From: a virus
Taxonomy: Duplodnaviria; Caudoviricetes
Reading direction: 5' to 3' (one strand)
IMG/VR virus record: IMGVR_UViG_3300032320_000912
Span: 1-40,225 of that record
DNA length: 40,225 bases
Both the position numbers and the translations under genes were made by a program. Of the stretch, positions 36,901-40,225 are shown one piece after another; position 1 is the first letter of the stretch; the number at the start of each line of letters is the position of its first letter. The notes beneath the pieces are model-generated. The model ran no database searches and was not told the origin of the DNA. It saw nothing but the letters and a program-made list of their open reading frames with translations.

Positions 36901-39900
36901 CTCTGCTGCTTCTTGTCTCTTAGCATTAGAAACAGTTGTGGATGCAGCAGTGTTTCTAAGCTCTGCAATTTCATTAGCAGTTAGGGCACGAGTTTCTCCA
37001 TTGATTGTTTCAACGTAGATCTTTCGACCACCGATGGCAATTGCCATTTGCGCTTTCTCTTCTGCGCTCAGACCTTCCATGAGTTCAATTTGAGAAAGCT
37101 GCTGGTTTCTTGCCGCAACAATCTGGGTTATAGAATCTGCTTCTAATCTAGCTGCTGCTACTGCAGCTTGACCCCTACCCTTAAGTCCGGCTAGGTAGAT
37201 GTTATCGGTTTGAAGAAGATTCTTTTTCTTCTTGTCCATATCGTCAAACAATTTAAATGTGGTTGGAGTTATGACTCCGCGAACAGCTGGATCAACAGAC
37301 TTTAGCGAATCTCTCATTTCAATGATTCCGCCACCGAATCCAGTTAGCTGTTTTAGCATGGACTTGATGCCCATAATAGCTGTTGAATCATTAGCAGTGT
37401 TAATTGCAGCTACTCTAAATGCGTAAATCTGCGCTACTAGCTTTGCCATTCCAGATATAGCCAAAGTTGTACCTGCTGCGAAGACGGTCAAACCAAGAGA
37501 TATTGGAATTAGCGAACTAGCAAGACGGTTTTTGGAAAGTTCCTTTAGGATTTGAAGAAACTCATTTGCAATTCCAATTACAAAACTTAGATCCCCTGCC
37601 ATATTTCTGCTTAAGGCTTCAGCAAGTGACTTGATGTTGTTATTAAACATTTGGATTTGAGAGTCTAGGTTATTAACAGTCTTTTCAAATGAATCACCTA
37701 AGAAAGTTCCGCTAGCAAAGGATTGGCCAGCATCCCCAATAGCTTGGTCAACAACATTTAGGTTATTGGCAAGTCTGGTTAGGGTGTTGATTTCGCGAGT
37801 TTCCACAATGTTTAGCTTGTCGAATGCTGCAGTTAAGTCCGAAGTCGATCCCAACCCGCCAAGAATGGCTCTGAATACATCGTAAGATGCACCTTCCGTG
37901 CCCCATGCTTCCTGGAACTCGGAAGCGCTCATACCTGCAACGCTAGCGAATCCAGTAAGACCCTTTCCACCTGTTGAGACAACTCGGTCAATATCTGCAA
38001 ACACACGAGTAAATACACCGCGAGCCTGCTCCGCTTGAATACCAGTTGAGGCCAAAGCCGTTGCCATTCCGACAATCTCTTCTGGTGCCATACCAGCCTG
38101 TGCAGAAACAGCAGCGATGCTTTCAGCAAGGTTCATGATTTCAGGCTCAGTAGCAACAGCGTTAATACCTGCATAAAGGATTGCGGAACCAAGGTTGTTG
38201 AACTGAGAATAGTCAACGTTTGCTAGCTCAGCAATACGTCCGAACTTCTGTGCAACGGTATCTGCAGCAACTCCAGTTACCGCAGAGAACTCAGATACAG
38301 TTTTGGTGAAGTTAACAATACCAGATGCGGCAACACCCATCTGAGCACCCAGTGTTGCGATTCTTGAGATGTCCTCAAATGAAACTGGGATCTGCTCGGA
38401 AAGTTGCACAAAGGCATCCTTCAAAGATCTAGACTCTGCCTCAGCTCCATCAAGAGATGCGGCAAGTGGTTCAATTGCTCTTTCTACTGAAGTAAAGGCG
38501 GTTTCGTAAGAACGGTAAGCTTGTGTTACGTTAAAGATCTGACGAGAGGCCATCCACAGCTGACGAGAAACTCCAGCGTAAGCATTGCCTACGTCATAAA
38601 GTGCATAGCGGCCAGTAACCCAAGTATTGACCAGGCTCTTAGTTTGAGTCTCAACAGCCTTAGTAGCAGCTGCCTGCTCTTTAAGCTGGCCAATAATCTC
38701 CTTGCCAGCACCACTTGTGGTGGAGCGCAGGCGGTTCATTTCATCGATCTGCTTTGAAGTAGTCTGAAGATCTCTGTCTTTTACATCCTTGCCGCGAATG
38801 TCATTTTTAATTTGGTCGCGCTTTTGGATTTCAAGCTTTTTACCAACTGCAACAAGTTCCTCTAAAGCTGACTTTTCTGCAATAAGAGCCTTAAGGGCAT
38901 CGCGCTTTTCATCAGTAGTGGTTGCTTCTTTTAGTTTTTGCTCTAAAATAAGAATGCTTTGCTTCAGACTCTTTTCAGTCTCAACAAGCTTCTGGTGCTC
39001 CCTGGTCTGTGCCAATCGGTCAAGACCAATTATTACTTGCTTCTTTTCGGCTTCAGTCAGATCTTTAATCTGAGCAGCAAGCTCTCTCTCGGTAAGGAAC
39101 CTTCTGCGAGAACTTTCCTCAGCTTCTGAAGACGCACGTCGGGCATCAAGCCCACCACCACTTCCTCCGGCTGCTGCCTCAGCAGCGGCAAGTTGCTTAT
39201 CTTCTTTCTTTTTAGGCTGATAATCTGTTGCGACCTTGGTACGCATAAATCCAACTAGGTCTTCAAACTTAGCAAAAGCCTCTGTAATAATCAGCACGGC
39301 TTGATTGTCAGCTCTAGCAAAGTGCGCGTCTAGCCCGTCAATCTTAAAACCGCCGCCTGGCTTCAGCTCAATACGCTCTAGGTTTGCGCCAAGAGCTTCG
39401 GGAAATTGAGCGACTAGATTGCGGAGAATGTTCTCAATGCCTGCACCTTTAAGTCCGGGCATGGATTCTGATTTAAGCGCTATTGCAGTTGGAGATTTAG
39501 CCTTTTCAGCATCATTAACAACCTTAATCGTGTCAAGTAAAAGTTGATTTACTGGAGCTTGAAGCTTTGGTAGCTCAAGTCCAAGCTCTTCAATTTTGCC
39601 ATTAATATATTTAATTGTTTTATCAAGACCTGAAAACTCAGCACTTTGGATGCCAGATCCAACTACGGGAATTTCCATTTCTGCTGCAAGGCCAAGCACA
39701 GCTGACAGTTTTGCCATCTTTGCATAGAATTGCTTAAAGTTTGTGTCAAAGTCCTTAGCGCCAATGTCAGCTAGGGGGATAATGCTTTTTAAATTAAATG
39801 CTTTAGCATGTTTGTTTAGAAGTTCAGCACGTTGCTGCAAATCTTTTACGCTATCTGCAACAATCCGGTCTTCTCCGGTTCTTCCGGCGTTAACTGTCCT

Positions 39901-40225
39901 TCCGCCTTCAAGGAGATTGGCATATTGGTTAGAGGGCGGGGCTTGAATAAAGCCAAAAACTTCCTTAAGGTTTCCTAATGAATCTCTTAGGCTTATTGAA
40001 GCTTCTGTGAATAACTGAGGCAATTTGTTATTAAACTCGGTATCAAACGCAAGAATAAACTCACGCCCAGTAGCTTCAACTTCAGCCTTTTGCTGAGCTA
40101 GGCCACGCCTAAAAGCCTCTACGTCAAAATCGCCTGTTGGGTCTGGCTTGATAAACTTGCCCAGCTCGGTCATTAGACCTTGCATACCTTCTTTACCAGA
40201 AGCGATGATTGCAGGATTTGCAAAG
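33964..40225 (-). CDS. Tape measure protein (5' end beyond window), with DEDDh exonuclease-like domain in its N-terminal region
   Basis: Frame open upstream of 40185 to the edge; TP901-like core (YETAFTSVER...IATLGAQMGV...LGSAI...ATEPEI); C-terminal ASGGFVSGEGSSTSDSIPAMLSNGEFV. Confidence 0.92.
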   Translation of the reverse strand, partial: FANPAIIASGKEGMQGLMTELGKFIKPDPTGDFDVEAFRRGLAQQKAEVEATGREFILAFDTEFNNKLPQLFTEASISLRDSLGNLKEVFGFIQAPPSNQYANLLEGGRTVNAGRTGEDRIVADSVKDLQQRAELLNKHAKAFNLKSIIPLADIGAKDFDTNFKQFYAKMAKLSAVLGLAAEMEIPVVGSGIQSAEFSGLDKTIKYINGKIEELGLELPKLQAPVNQLLLDTIKVVNDAEKAKSPTAIALKSESMPGLKGAGIENILRNLVAQFPEALGANLERIELKPGGGFKIDGLDAHFARADNQAVLIITEAFAKFEDLVGFMRTKVATDYQPKKKEDKQLAAAEAAAGGSGGGLDARRASSEAEESSRRRFLTERELAAQIKDLTEAEKKQVIIGLDRLAQTREHQKLVETEKSLKQSILILEQKLKEATTTDEKRDALKALIAEKSALEELVAVGKKLEIQKRDQIKNDIRGKDVKDRDLQTTSKQIDEMNRLRSTTSGAGKEIIGQLKEQAAATKAVETQTKSLVNTWVTGRYALYDVGNAYAGVSRQLWMASRQIFNVTQAYRSYETAFTSVERAIEPLAASLDGAEAESRSLKDAFVQLSEQIPVSFEDISRIATLGAQMGVAASGIVNFTKTVSEFSAVTGVAADTVAQKFGRIAELANVDYSQFNNLGSAILYAGINAVATEPEIMNLAESIAAVSAQAGMAPEEIVGMATALASTGIQAEQARGVFTRVFADIDRVVSTGGKGLTGFASVAGMSASEFQEAWGTEGASYDVFRAILGGLGSTSDLTAAFDKLNIVETREINTLTRLANNLNVVDQAIGDAGQSFASGTFLGDSFEKTVNNLDSQIQMFNNNIKSLAEALSRNMAGDLSFVIGIANEFLQILKELSKNRLASSLIPISLGLTVFAAGTTLAISGMAKLVAQIYAFRVAAINTANDSTAIMGIKSMLKQLTGFGGGIIEMRDSLKSVDPAVRGVITPTTFKLFDDMDKKKKNLLQTDNIYLAGLKGRGQAAVAAARLEADSITQIVAARNQQLSQIELMEGLSAEEKAQMAIAIGGRKIYVETINGETRALTANEIAELRNTAASTTVSNAKRQEAAERLKNVTAINTETRAASMAPKGVLGIGSKFLGLASGLGAILAVGTTLATTFAMIAASSEQMKVNVLESGGGVASLRDAIKQDTQAYEALSDEQKAASADYSLLTVKTATYSNKVNEAAVQIKNITGVSSDFVSANQDVVEGLENTTFALGQNTKAWLANALMQDENLSAALEKYPTLFADLEALGYNFQEIVQGIISDPNYDPFPNLDQQIADLNSQFVLLQAAAYASMDPEENFALEQQANQIDAQLVKLNLMRDTFDSIREALGVAVAKNEIFNAINAAFGIAENTENAILALQQAFADASSSGKDMKAVMGQLRSATVSMLKDIDGIDPKIIAQVNDAETVQALISIVKALYETEKAANLAASSINKAGSSVMWGAAAKAVSGILNAGNAGELSEILRSLQAIAVAGALTTTPEGDGETLADRLNRLVTESFAAVDALMAVRAATEGLGKSLSESKDWSTLTDSGRNNLEALQAVITSIGNRAKGDFGKATTELKVLKIAMQDAGYTSENAGLAFRTIDKAILALGGSASLTKKEIASLRKQFPSLFKEISTGLIEAVPKDPFFKTITEYASGIATAMKNALDFRFGQSTSYDALTQSWLDIKEAAESAAEAVKSADETINGLTADRAMLEYKLSVAERYGDTKRAAQLRSQLEKANRDIAEATKSRAEAQEASTKTLKGDTAGAIKNRATVRGLVQTYTDYLTSLASTGMSSVDLKEQAATLAGEFLKQGKNLGFAEDELKSYTSAFESDFKTIINQLDQFRGDLVIGINTDPALRAISEFVLAANASLAKIIAPVLGQTAPAAPEVKFVVDQVALDAINAKIANAERYKASLASQGRFGAEYAGAMVKLDQYYAERRKIQGLASGGFVSGEGSSTSDSIPAMLSNGEFVMSARSVRAYGVGFFNALNQQRVGFSPVGAASRQQQSGPSIVFLSPEDRQLLRQFGDRPVNLYADSTKIAEVANTGNTKMSRRGSR

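Noticed and set aside
28591-39946. Long + strand ORFs antisense to structural genes (e.g. 28591-29196, 35174-35842)
   Set aside because: Shadow frames of low-complexity or Ala-rich minus-strand genes; no RBS or recognisable motifs.

Overview
This window is most of the genome of a tailed dsDNA siphovirus that probably infects Actinobacteria: it carries two WhiB genes, a ClgR-like regulator and an NrdH, and its GC content is roughly 50%. No integrase, DNA polymerase, CRISPR array or canonical tRNA was seen. The left part of the minus strand carries TerS, TerL, portal, protease/scaffold, decoration protein, major capsid protein, NrdH and a cluster of modular collagen-like fibre genes that runs off the left edge. 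The right part carries a tape measure gene of more than 2,080 aa (truncated at the right edge), tail genes and a lysis/membrane cassette. A divergent control region at about 13.2-13.45 kb separates a small leftward operon (amidoligase, second SSB) from the rightward early/replication arm (class II glutamine amidotransferase, pyrimidine-dimer glycosylase, SF2 helicase, WhiBs, Cas4-like nuclease, AAA ATPase, SSB, primase, RuvC, exonuclease). Four observations stand out. (1) A tRNA/tmRNA-like non-coding RNA whose loop copies the 16S rRNA anti-Shine-Dalgarno tail, together with a genome-wide set of hairpins exposing anti-SD or C-rich loops. (2) A DEDDh exonuclease-like domain inside the tape measure protein. 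(3) A SUEL/rhamnose-lectin-like domain in a secreted protein of the lysis cassette. (4) Sharp regional avoidance of CATG, GTAC, GGCC and GCGC in the early arm. All calls come from reading the sequence by eye; no database searches or folding programs were run.
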